In this document: positions 27,295 to 35,955 of the stretch, piece by piece
Numbering within the stretch: the first letter of the stretch is position 1
How the letters are laid out: every line of letters starts with the position of its first letter
Assembly (NCBI GenBank): GCA_017991475.1
Contig: JAGOQK010000002.1
Span: 23,673-87,672, forward strand
Reading direction: 5' to 3'
Source: Minisyncoccota bacterium
GTDB lineage: Bacteria; Patescibacteriota; Minisyncoccia; Phycocordibacterales; PALSA-1337
Length of the DNA: 64,000 bases
Made by a program: the position numbers and the translations under genes
The notes under the pieces: model-generated
Seen by the model: the letters and a program-made list of their open reading frames with translations, nothing else
Database searches by the model: none
What the model was told of the DNA's origin: nothing

Positions 27295-28575
27295 ATGCCA
27301 CTCGAACAGTACTTCCCGGTGCTCGTCAAAGAGTTCCAGGGTATCATTCTTCCGCAATCAATACAGTTCGCCATCACGATAGCCCCTATCGTGCTGTGCA
27401 TCATTCTTGCAACGATCATGTGGCCTCTCTGGGTGCGCTATGTCCGTGCCAAGTTCTTCCTGTCACTCAAATACACGGTACTGGAAATATCACTCCCGAA
27501 GGACACATTCAAATCGCCCCTTGCAATGGAGGTCTTCCTCCAGTCGCTCCACAATACTTCGAACGGAAGCCACTTCGCACAATTCTGGAAAGGGGAGATG
27601 AGGCCATGGTATTCACTCGAGGTTGTCTCGATCGAAGGCCGCATCAAGTTTTTCGTCTGGACAGAGGATCGCCGTAAGGCAGGTGTCATCAATGGTCTGT
27701 ACTCACAATTCCCAGGGATTGAGGTCAAAGAAGTTGAGGATTACACCAAGTCAGTGCATTTCGATCCAGACACCATGAAGGTATGGGCAGCAGAAATGAA
27801 ATTTACTAAAGATGACGCGTACCCGATAAAATCCTATGTCGACTATGGTCTCGACAAAGATCCGAAGGAAGAATTTAAAGTTGATCCCATGCTCCCGATG
27901 CTCGAATTCCTCGGCAGCGTCGGCCCCAATCAGCAGGTATGGATACAAATACTCATTCAGGCACATATTCCCGATAAGCGTAAACCCGGACACTGGTTCA
28001 AAAAGGTGGATAGCTACCAGGAAGGAGCCAAGAAGCTCGTCAACGATATCATGATCCGCGACTCCAAGACCAAAGGTATCAAGGCTGAGAATAAGAAAAG
28101 TGGGGAAGTATTTCCTGACATACCACGCCTCTCAAAAGGTGAGCAAGATGTTGCTGAAGCGATCGAGCGCAGTGTCTCCAAACTTTCTTTTGATACCGGT
28201 ATCCGTGGTATATACATGGGCAGCAAGGAATCATTCAATACTATCTTTGGTGTTGGTGGTATCCTCGGAAGCTTCAAGCATTTCAACACAGAGCACCTCA
28301 ATGGATTCAAGCCTAACGGCGATGTATGGCATCCACGCCTCGGAGATCCGTGGAAAGACTACAAAGATATCCGCAGGAATAGGTACGCGGCCGACGCTAT
28401 CGCGATGTACAAACGTCGCTCATATCACTATGCACCTCACGAAGGGAAGCCGCTTGTCATGAGCACCGAGGAGCTCGCTACGGTCTACCACTTCCCAGGA
28501 TCTGTTGCTGCAACCCCTACACTCCAGCGCATACCATCCAAGAAAGCCGAAGCTCCATCCAATCTTCCTCTCTAG
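27295..28575 (+). CDS. large membrane-anchored hypothetical protein
   Basis: One N-terminal TM helix (ITIAPIVLCIILATIMWPLWV) then about 380 aa of soluble domain with no recognised motif. Confidence 0.4.
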   Translation: MPLEQYFPVLVKEFQGIILPQSIQFAITIAPIVLCIILATIMWPLWVRYVRAKFFLSLKYTVLEISLPKDTFKSPLAMEVFLQSLHNTSNGSHFAQFWKGEMRPWYSLEVVSIEGRIKFFVWTEDRRKAGVINGLYSQFPGIEVKEVEDYTKSVHFDPDTMKVWAAEMKFTKDDAYPIKSYVDYGLDKDPKEEFKVDPMLPMLEFLGSVGPNQQVWIQILIQAHIPDKRKPGHWFKKVDSYQEGAKKLVNDIMIRDSKTKGIKAENKKSGEVFPDIPRLSKGEQDVAEAIERSVSKLSFDTGIRGIYMGSKESFNTIFGVGGILGSFKHFNTEHLNGFKPNGDVWHPRLGDPWKDYKDIRRNRYAADAIAMYKRRSYHYAPHEGKPLVMSTEELATVYHFPGSVAATPTLQRIPSKKAEAPSNLPL

Positions 28576-28578
28576 TCT

Positions 28579-29604
28579 ATGTCTGCTCTCAATTTCAGAA
28601 TCATACCGGATACCCGGCGCTCGCCCAGCCTGTACACCAGGATCAAGAGGGTCCTCCGTGGAAGCAAGATGGCTATCGGCGCATTCTTCATTGTATTGAT
28701 AGCGGTATCGCTGTTCGGTATAGCCAAATCACTAGCGCCGAGCGACTTCTCTCGCGGCACGATCGTCCGTATCAAGGACGGCATGACGGTATCAGAAACG
28801 GCATCGTTGCTCGCGGAAAAGAATATCATCCGGTCTCAATTTATGTACAAAGCATATGTACGCCTGGTACATAGCAGCAATGGTGTCCGTGCCGGCAGCT
28901 ATCTGTTCGACAACCCTCAGTCAGCACTGCGGGTGGCGTATAGGACTGCATATGGCGTCGATGAACTACAGAAGATCAAAGTTGCGATACCCGAGGGTTC
29001 GAGCTCAGTGAATATTGCGCGGATTATTAAAAAGGCGATACCGGCATTTGATGACAAAGCATTCCTGGCTGAAGCGCGGGTGCATGAAGGATATTTATTC
29101 CCTGAAACATACTTTTTTAATCCTGATGTGACTCCAAAGGAAGTGATCTCTGAAATGAAGAGTCAATTCAATGAGAAGGTGGCGACACTGATGGACGCTA
29201 TTGCAACATCTACTCATTCCCTGAATAACATCATCATTCTTGCGTCCATCCTCGAAGAGGAGGCGAACAATACCGTCGACCGGCGCTTGATTTCAGGAGT
29301 GCTCTGGAATCGCACTGATATAGGCATGGCGCTCCAAGTCGATGCACCGTTCTATTATCTCTTTGGTAAAACATCGAGCCAGCTGACTCTGGCTGACCTC
29401 GCGACCACATCACCCTATAACACCTACAAAAATAAGGGGCTTCCACCTGGTGCGATATCCAATCCTGGCCTCGACTCCATCAAGGCCGCGCTTTATCCGA
29501 CACCCTCGAAGTATCTGTTTTATCTTGCTGATTCGAAGGGGGTGACGCACTATGCGGTCACACATGAGCAGCATGTTGAGAATAAGTTCAAGTATTTGCA
29601 ATAA
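28579..29604 (+). CDS. mltG: endolytic murein transglycosylase MltG (YceG family)
   Basis: TM anchor. YceG motifs: GYLFPETY, ASILEEE and a SPYNTYKNKGLPPGAISNPG-type C-terminus. Confidence 0.8.
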   Translation: MSALNFRIIPDTRRSPSLYTRIKRVLRGSKMAIGAFFIVLIAVSLFGIAKSLAPSDFSRGTIVRIKDGMTVSETASLLAEKNIIRSQFMYKAYVRLVHSSNGVRAGSYLFDNPQSALRVAYRTAYGVDELQKIKVAIPEGSSSVNIARIIKKAIPAFDDKAFLAEARVHEGYLFPETYFFNPDVTPKEVISEMKSQFNEKVATLMDAIATSTHSLNNIIILASILEEEANNTVDRRLISGVLWNRTDIGMALQVDAPFYYLFGKTSSQLTLADLATTSPYNTYKNKGLPPGAISNPGLDSIKAALYPTPSKYLFYLADSKGVTHYAVTHEQHVENKFKYLQ

Positions 29605-29672
29605 ACAGTTATCAGTTGTCAGTTACAAGTTGTAAGTAGTAAACAGCAAAAGCGTTTTCATGTAAAAGAAAA

Positions 29673-29701
29673 GGCCGGCGACAGGTGAGTGTCGCGCGGC
29701 C
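29673..29701. terminator. GC-rich hairpin between convergent genes
   Basis: GGCCGGCGAC-aggtgagt-GTCGCGCGGCC. Confidence 0.5.
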
Positions 29702-29726
29702 AGTTGGTGTTGCCGTCAATGCTTGC

Positions 29727-30122
29727 CTACGCGGCTACAGGTAACGGACATATGATTCCCCGGTCACGAAGCATTATCATGAGGTCGCTTTTGAATACCG
29801 TCAGCGCTCCAGTTTCCTGAACCTGAAGAACCAGATTGGGTGCGCTGATGGCGAGCGATGATGACCAAATAACAAGCGGAAGGGGACTAAGCTTCTGTGC
29901 GTGCTGAGCAACAGTCAGACCATCTCCCCCGCGTCCCATTTGATGGTCAGTAATGATTAGATCAAACTGCTCAGTACTCATCAGTCCAATGGCCTCTGGA
30001 GCATTTTTTGCTTCCATGACAGTGTGACCCACTAGTTCCAGATTCATCCGAATCATTTCAATCATTTCGGGTAGATCATCAACCACAAGTATTTTCATTT
30101 TCATAGGTACTATTTCCTTCAA
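29727..30122 (-). CDS. stand-alone response-regulator receiver domain (CheY-like)
   Basis: KILVVDD...LIITDHQM...receiver signature. No output domain. No histidine kinase in the window. Confidence 0.7.
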   Translation of the reverse strand: MKEIVPMKMKILVVDDLPEMIEMIRMNLELVGHTVMEAKNAPEAIGLMSTEQFDLIITDHQMGRGGDGLTVAQHAQKLSPLPLVIWSSSLAISAPNLVLQVQETGALTVFKSDLMIMLRDRGIICPLPVAA

Positions 30123-30139
30123 TGCCTCCCTCGAAATGA

Positions 30140-31396
30140 GTGAGGACTTTCTCCTTGGATAGCTCCGAAGTGGGGCTATTTGAGCTCGCTTTTTGTTGTT
30201 TGTATTGGCGAACTCTCTGTATATATGATAGCATATCCAACATGAAAAGTCAAGCTATTAAACGGCTCAGCAAGGGCTTGAAAAAGCACACTTCGGGCGA
30301 AAAACTCCCCAATAAGCGCGTATTCGTCGGACTCTCAGGTGGAGTAGACAGCTCTGTTTCTGCAGCCCTGCTCAAAGAAGCGGGATATGACGTCACTGGT
30401 GTCTTCATCAAGGTCTGGCAGCCTGACTGGATAGAATGCACCTGGAAGGAGGAGCGCCGTGACGCTATGCGCGTGGCAGCACACCTCGACATACCATTTG
30501 TCACGCTCGATCTGGAGAAAGAGTACAAGCGTGATGTTGCTGACTATATGATCGCTGAGTATCGCGCCGGTCGCACACCCAATCCTGATGTCATGTGCAA
30601 CAAGGCGGTGAAGTTCGGCGGATTTTACGACTGGGCGATGAAAGAGGGGGCGGACTATGTTGCGACAGGACATTATAGTCAAATTCATAGTTCAAAAAGT
30701 GGCATGGGGTACTCATTGAAAATGGGAATCGATCAGAACAAGGATCAATCCTACTTTCTCTGGAATATTCGTGCTGAGCAACTAGGGCACATCTTGTTCC
30801 CGATAGGACACCTGACCAAGCCTGAGGTTCGAAAGCTTGCGGCGAAGTTCAAGCTACCTACCGCAGAAAAGAAGGATAGTCAGGGCATCTGCTTCATAGG
30901 CATGGTTGATATGAAGGAATTTCTTGCACACTATATTGAAGCGAAACCGGGCGATGTCATAGACGAAACGGGTAAGGTCATCGGGAAGCATTCTGGTGCA
31001 GTGTTCTCAACGATCGGGGAGCGCCACGGGTTTACTATTCATGAGAAGGGAACTCAGGACAAACCACGATTCGTAATTGCCAAGGATGTTGAGATGAATA
31101 CTATTACTGTTTCCGAGAGTAAGCACGGTACGCATTCCCCTGAAAAAATAACCTCGCCTGTATCAGTGCGCATCGAGAAGACCAACTGGCCTGGAAGTAT
31201 CCCATCTGTCGGCACTGAATACACCGCGCGAGCTCGGTATCGCCAGAAGCTTGAAACGGTAATTTTCGCTTCAATTGATTTGGCTGCCCAGACTGCTGAG
31301 GTTAGATTTGAACATGCCCCCGAAGCAATGACCCCTGGACAATCTCTCGTAATCTACGATGGTGATACCTGCATCGGTGGCGGCATCATCGAGTAA
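30140..31396 (+). CDS. mnmA: tRNA-specific 2-thiouridylase MnmA
   Basis: PP-loop GLSGGVDSSV and the catalytic Cys region. The likely start is Met at 30242. Confidence 0.88.
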   Translation: MRTFSLDSSEVGLFELAFCCLYWRTLCIYDSISNMKSQAIKRLSKGLKKHTSGEKLPNKRVFVGLSGGVDSSVSAALLKEAGYDVTGVFIKVWQPDWIECTWKEERRDAMRVAAHLDIPFVTLDLEKEYKRDVADYMIAEYRAGRTPNPDVMCNKAVKFGGFYDWAMKEGADYVATGHYSQIHSSKSGMGYSLKMGIDQNKDQSYFLWNIRAEQLGHILFPIGHLTKPEVRKLAAKFKLPTAEKKDSQGICFIGMVDMKEFLAHYIEAKPGDVIDETGKVIGKHSGAVFSTIGERHGFTIHEKGTQDKPRFVIAKDVEMNTITVSESKHGTHSPEKITSPVSVRIEKTNWPGSIPSVGTEYTARARYRQKLETVIFASIDLAAQTAEVRFEHAPEAMTPGQSLVIYDGDTCIGGGIIE

Positions 31397-31405
31397 TTCA
31401 CAGGG

Positions 31406-32179
31406 GTGCGTGACCGTCTTTCTGCTACAATATCCGCCATGCATCACCAGACTCGCACGGCCGTACTCCTCATTATCCTATTGGCAGTAATGAGTGGTCT
31501 CTATGTATTCAACAGGATCAGTGAGCCGTATAGTGTCAACCCAGAGACAGCAGAAGTATATCCATTCAATGGCACCGTCCCTCCTGAGATATCACTCGGC
31601 ACCACCACACAGAAGAATATTATTTTCACTTTCGATGCAGGGTCTGGTACCGCATCAGTAGTCCCTGTCTTGAATGCGCTCAAAAAGCATGGCATCAAAT
31701 CTACATTTTTCATGACAGGTCAGTGGGTACTTCGCAATCCTGAGCTTGCACGAATGATTGTTGCGGATGGCCACGAAGTATTCAATCATTCATTCAACCA
31801 CCCACACCTCACCGAGCTCAGTGACGAACTGATCGCTGCACAGCTCCGCACTGCGGATGAAGCAATTTCTGACATTATCGGTAGTAGCACCAAACCGTAT
31901 TTCCGCCCGCCGTATGGAGATCGAGATGCCCGAGTACTTGCGGCCGCTGCCAAAGCGGGATATCAGTCGGTATATTGGACGGCAGACGCAGGTGACTGGA
32001 TGGAGAGCGAGGGTATGACTTCAGACGAGGTGAAGTACCGTATTTTCTCCAATCTTCGGCCAGGCGCAATCATACTGATGCACCTCGGTGACTCCATCAC
32101 TGGCACCATACTCGACGAAGTGATCACTGAAGTAGAGAGGCTTGGATATGAGACTGTTTCATTGACGCAAGGTCTGTAG
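31406..32179 (+). CDS. polysaccharide deacetylase (NodB homology domain), membrane-anchored
   Basis: TFDAGSGT..., HEVFNHSFNHP and the LMHLGD motif. Confidence 0.8.
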   Translation: MRDRLSATISAMHHQTRTAVLLIILLAVMSGLYVFNRISEPYSVNPETAEVYPFNGTVPPEISLGTTTQKNIIFTFDAGSGTASVVPVLNALKKHGIKSTFFMTGQWVLRNPELARMIVADGHEVFNHSFNHPHLTELSDELIAAQLRTADEAISDIIGSSTKPYFRPPYGDRDARVLAAAAKAGYQSVYWTADAGDWMESEGMTSDEVKYRIFSNLRPGAIILMHLGDSITGTILDEVITEVERLGYETVSLTQGL

Positions 32180-32187
32180 TCAAGAAA

Positions 32188-32297
32188 GCGCGGTGTGCGC
32201 ACATGTATTTTTACTCATGTTATGCAGAACGGTACACTGTAGAATCGTGTACAAATACAACATAACATGAGTAAAAACACATGTGCGCACCTCGCGC
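32188..32297 (+). repeat. palindromic intergenic element, copy C
   Basis: Arms at 32188-32224 and 32261-32297 are complementary apart from one internal A/C position and the two outermost positions. Core at 32225-32260 is CAGAACGGT-acactgtagaatc-GTGTACAAATACAA. Confidence 0.8.
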
Positions 32298-32317
32298 TTC
32301 CCTGATATACTATCGCC

Positions 32318-33166
32318 ATGAATCACCTCATCACCATCACCAAATCTGACGGAACGCAGCAACTTTTTGAAGAAGAGAAGCTCATCAACTCACTTAAACA
32401 CGCAGGTGCCAATGATCAGGCCATCGACGACATACTCGAAACCGTCGAGGCGCATATGAAGGATGGTATGACTACTAATGAGATCTACAGTCATGCCTTC
32501 TCATTGCTGCGCAAACAATCATTCCATACTGCGGTGAAATATTCGGTTCGACGCGCGCTCGCCGAGCTCGGCCCTGATGGATTCCCATTCGAGCGGTTTG
32601 TGTCGCGCATATTCCATGCATGGGGATATGAGACGCTCACTGACCAGCAGGTGATGGGTGCTTGCATCGAGCACGAAATGGATGTGGTCGCCTGGAAAGG
32701 CAAGTCTCTCGCTATGGTCGAGGCCAAGTTCCACAATGAGTTTGGTCTCAAGTCGGATGTGAAAGTCGCTCTCTATGTGAAGGCGCGCTTCGACGATATC
32801 GCTCTCAACGAGTTTGATTATGGAGGAGTACGTCGTAAGCTCACTGAACGCTGGCTCTTCACCAATACCAAGTTTACTGACCAGGCTGTGAAGTATGGTG
32901 CCTGCAATGATCTCAAGCTGATTGGTTGGAACTATCCATCAACTGGAAATCTTCATTCACTTATAGAACAGTTCAGTCTACACCCCATCACCTGCGTAAC
33001 CTCACTCAATCATCAGCAGAAGAAAGATCTCATCGGAAGGAATATCATCACCTGCGCGGATCTCGTCAAAAGGCCTGAAATATTGAAGGATATTGGGGTG
33101 AGGGTGGAGGGTGATGCGCAGAGAGCTGTCGAGGAGGCGAAGTTGATCATGGGGAGTGGGAGGTAA
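32318..33166 (+). CDS. ATP-cone domain fused to a restriction-endonuclease-like (Mrr-cat/PD-(D/E)xK) domain
   Basis: N-terminal ITKSDGTQQLFEEEKLINSL resembles the NrdR/RNR ATP cone. The central ...DVVAWKGKSLAMVEAKFHNE... has a D...E.K nuclease-like motif. Confidence 0.55.
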   Translation: MNHLITITKSDGTQQLFEEEKLINSLKHAGANDQAIDDILETVEAHMKDGMTTNEIYSHAFSLLRKQSFHTAVKYSVRRALAELGPDGFPFERFVSRIFHAWGYETLTDQQVMGACIEHEMDVVAWKGKSLAMVEAKFHNEFGLKSDVKVALYVKARFDDIALNEFDYGGVRRKLTERWLFTNTKFTDQAVKYGACNDLKLIGWNYPSTGNLHSLIEQFSLHPITCVTSLNHQQKKDLIGRNIITCADLVKRPEILKDIGVRVEGDAQRAVEEAKLIMGSGR

Positions 33167-33222
33167 GTTTATCGAGTTTGATCTATCCCTCAGTGTATAC
33201 CTTCCCCACCATGCAGTATTGC

Positions 33223-33296
33223 AAACGCAAATCACTTGCGTTTAGATGACGAAGCCTAGCCATATTATTTCACTCAAACGCAAGTGATTTGCGTTT
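33223..33296. promoter_or_regulatory. two copies of a perfect palindromic operator-like site AAACGCAA-N5-TTGCGTTT
   Basis: Sites at 33223-33243 and 33276-33296 are exact reverse complements of each other, including the 5-nt spacer. A half-site GAACGCAAAA lies at 33353-33362. All are in the 300-nt interval upstream of the UDG gene. Confidence 0.45.
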
Positions 33297-33471
33297 GCTG
33301 TACCACCCCTATTGAGACATAGTTCCACCATTTCCCCCTTTTTGAATCTTGTGAACGCAAAATTTATAAAAGGGGGTAGTAAGGGTGGTGGGTGTTATAG
33401 AGTTTAAAATCTGGCAAGAAAAATGAGAATATCACTTTTCCTTACCTAAATCCCTTTGTTATCATGTCACT

Positions 33472-34077
33472 ATGTTAATCACCTCAAAAACCTCTCTCCT
33501 ACACCAGATCAACGAGGAAATTCTTGCCCTGAAGACTTCTCCACTCTACTCGTACCGCACCACCAACAACTATCTCCCCGTGATCGGAGAAGGAAGTCAT
33601 GATGCAAAAATAATGTTTGTTGGAGAGGCACCTGGCAGGAATGAAGCCAAGACCGGCAAACCATTTTGCGGGGCGGCTGGAAAAGTGCTCGACCAACTTC
33701 TTGCACATGTGAACATTACCCGAGAATCAGTCTACATCACCAACATCGTCAAAGATCGTCCTCCGGAGAATAGAGATCCTACGACACAGGAGATAGCGGC
33801 ATACGGCCCATTCCTGGACAGGCAGATCGAAATCATCCAACCAATGGTGATTGCAGCTCTCGGACGATATTCTATGGGCTATATCATGAAGAAGTTCGGA
33901 CTCGATTTCCAGCTTGAACCCATCAGTCATGCACATGGCAAGTCATACCCTACACAAGCGTCATATGGTCCTATCGAGATCGTTGTGCTGTACCATCCAT
34001 GTGTCGGCGTGTATAATCCACACAACATCCCAAATCTGAAGAAAGATATGGAGGTATTGGGAAGGATTATGAAGTAA
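33472..34077 (+). CDS. uracil-DNA glycosylase, family 4
   Basis: MFVGEAPGRNE motif-A and the Fe-S Cys pattern. Confidence 0.85.
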   Translation: MLITSKTSLLHQINEEILALKTSPLYSYRTTNNYLPVIGEGSHDAKIMFVGEAPGRNEAKTGKPFCGAAGKVLDQLLAHVNITRESVYITNIVKDRPPENRDPTTQEIAAYGPFLDRQIEIIQPMVIAALGRYSMGYIMKKFGLDFQLEPISHAHGKSYPTQASYGPIEIVVLYHPCVGVYNPHNIPNLKKDMEVLGRIMK

Positions 34078-34086
34078 CGAATCACT

Positions 34087-35919
34087 ATGAAGAAAAAGGC
34101 AACAAAATTCACCTCCGCAAGGCAGCTTCTCGACTATCTCAACGATACTCATGTTCGTCTTCATAAGAAGTTTGAAGATTTATTTTGGCTCACACGCATG
34201 GGTCAGGCAGAGAAAGGTCCAGCTATGGCCACTGCAGAACAGGCCCGAGATGCATTTCGTGCAGATGCAGCACTCAAACTCGAGGTTGAATCTCAGATAA
34301 AAAAAGCTAAAGGAAAGATCAAGGCTCGACTACTTATCTGGAAACACTTTTTCGATTTGTATCAAACTCCAGATCATGCACTTGTCATCAAGAAACGTGT
34401 CGCAGACCTCGAAGTAGCATTGCTCGAGAAACGAGGAAAAAGGAAGGAAGGCTATGTCGACCCTGTGACGAATTCATTTATCGAAGCTTCTGAGAACCAG
34501 ATGAGGATGCTCATGCGTACGCACAAAGATGAGGCTGTTAGAAAAGCATGCTTTGATGCGATGGAAAAACTACCTCTCGATCTTCTCGATGAATACATAG
34601 AGATCATCAAAGGTAGGAATGAGTTTGCCCGAGCTCTTGGTTTTGAGAATTTCTATGCCTACAAGGCACGAATCGATGAGGATATGGATATGGATGAGCT
34701 CTTTTCTGTATTTGAAAAAATATATGACAAGACCAAGTATGCATTTGAAAATATCAGAAAGATGGAAAAGCAGAGGCCAGGATTGAGGAAGCCATGGAAT
34801 TTTGCCTACATGCTCACTGGCAATTTTGTTGCAGAAGAAGATCCGTATTTCCAATTCGATGATGTCCTTTCATATTGGGGCCGCTCATTTGCAGCACTTG
34901 GTATCGGATTCCGAGGCGGAAAAGTTACTCTCGACCTACTCGATAGGGAAGGTAAATGGAACAATGGATTCTGCCATTATCCAGACCTCGTGCACTACAA
35001 AAAAGGAAAGTTTATTCCGGGATCAAGTGGTTTTACCTCAAATGCTGTGTATGGTCAGGTCGGATCAGGTGTACTGGGTATCGATACCGTATTTCATGAG
35101 GCAGGACATGCGGCCGATCGTCTCAACTCGCTCCAGGAAGATACCTGCATCAACACAGAGTACCCACCATCGAGCGTATCATGGGCAGAGACACATAGTA
35201 TGTTCATGGATAGTATATCGAGTAGTATCGAGTGGAAAACGCGATATGCAAAAAATGAGAAGGGTGAGTCATATCCTTTTGAATTATTTGAGCGTAAACT
35301 TCGGGCCGTGTATCCACTCAGGCCACTCGAGATGATGCACATACATTTTGTGATGGCATTTGAGCGAGAGGTGTATGAACATAAAAATCTTACACGAGAT
35401 GCAGTGCTTGAGATTGCTCGTACAATTAACAAGAAATTCTTTGACCGCTCCGAGGAATCTATATCGATCCTCAATGTGCCTCATATCTATTCGTGGGAAA
35501 GTTCCGCCTACTATCACGGATATGGTCTAGCCGAGCTCGGTGTATGCCAGTGGAGAGAGTACTTCTTCAAGAAATATGGTTACATCGTCGACAATCCGAA
35601 GGTTGGCAAGGAAATTACGAAAGTCTGGTCGTATGCTTCACTCTATCCTGCAAAGAAATTGATCCGTATAGCCACTGGGAAATCTCTGAGCCCTGATGCT
35701 TTCATACGAATAGTTACAAAGCCTTTCGATGCATTTATTGCTGAAACAAAAAAGAGGGTTGCTGATATGAAGAAGGTACCCCTTTACACCAAACCGGTTG
35801 ACCTCAATGGTACGATAACACTTGTTCATGGTAAGCAGAAAATCGCTGACAACAAGAAAAGTTTTGAAGATATGGACAAGAAGTGGCGTGCTTGGCTCAG
35901 GAAGCTTCCGAGGAACTAA
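34087..35919 (+). CDS. pepF: M3B oligoendopeptidase F-family metallopeptidase
   Basis: HEAGHA zinc motif in an M3-length protein. Confidence 0.75.
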   Translation: MKKKATKFTSARQLLDYLNDTHVRLHKKFEDLFWLTRMGQAEKGPAMATAEQARDAFRADAALKLEVESQIKKAKGKIKARLLIWKHFFDLYQTPDHALVIKKRVADLEVALLEKRGKRKEGYVDPVTNSFIEASENQMRMLMRTHKDEAVRKACFDAMEKLPLDLLDEYIEIIKGRNEFARALGFENFYAYKARIDEDMDMDELFSVFEKIYDKTKYAFENIRKMEKQRPGLRKPWNFAYMLTGNFVAEEDPYFQFDDVLSYWGRSFAALGIGFRGGKVTLDLLDREGKWNNGFCHYPDLVHYKKGKFIPGSSGFTSNAVYGQVGSGVLGIDTVFHEAGHAADRLNSLQEDTCINTEYPPSSVSWAETHSMFMDSISSSIEWKTRYAKNEKGESYPFELFERKLRAVYPLRPLEMMHIHFVMAFEREVYEHKNLTRDAVLEIARTINKKFFDRSEESISILNVPHIYSWESSAYYHGYGLAELGVCQWREYFFKKYGYIVDNPKVGKEITKVWSYASLYPAKKLIRIATGKSLSPDAFIRIVTKPFDAFIAETKKRVADMKKVPLYTKPVDLNGTITLVHGKQKIADNKKSFEDMDKKWRAWLRKLPRN

Positions 35920-35955
35920 TTGGAAACAACGCCCTATATTTGCTAGTATGTCCGC

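Noticed and set aside
17960-32297. The three palindromic elements as a CRISPR array or CRISPR remnants
   Set aside because: There are single copies 6-8 kb apart, no regularly spaced direct repeats and no cas genes. The conserved part is central and the flanks are inverted, not direct repeats.
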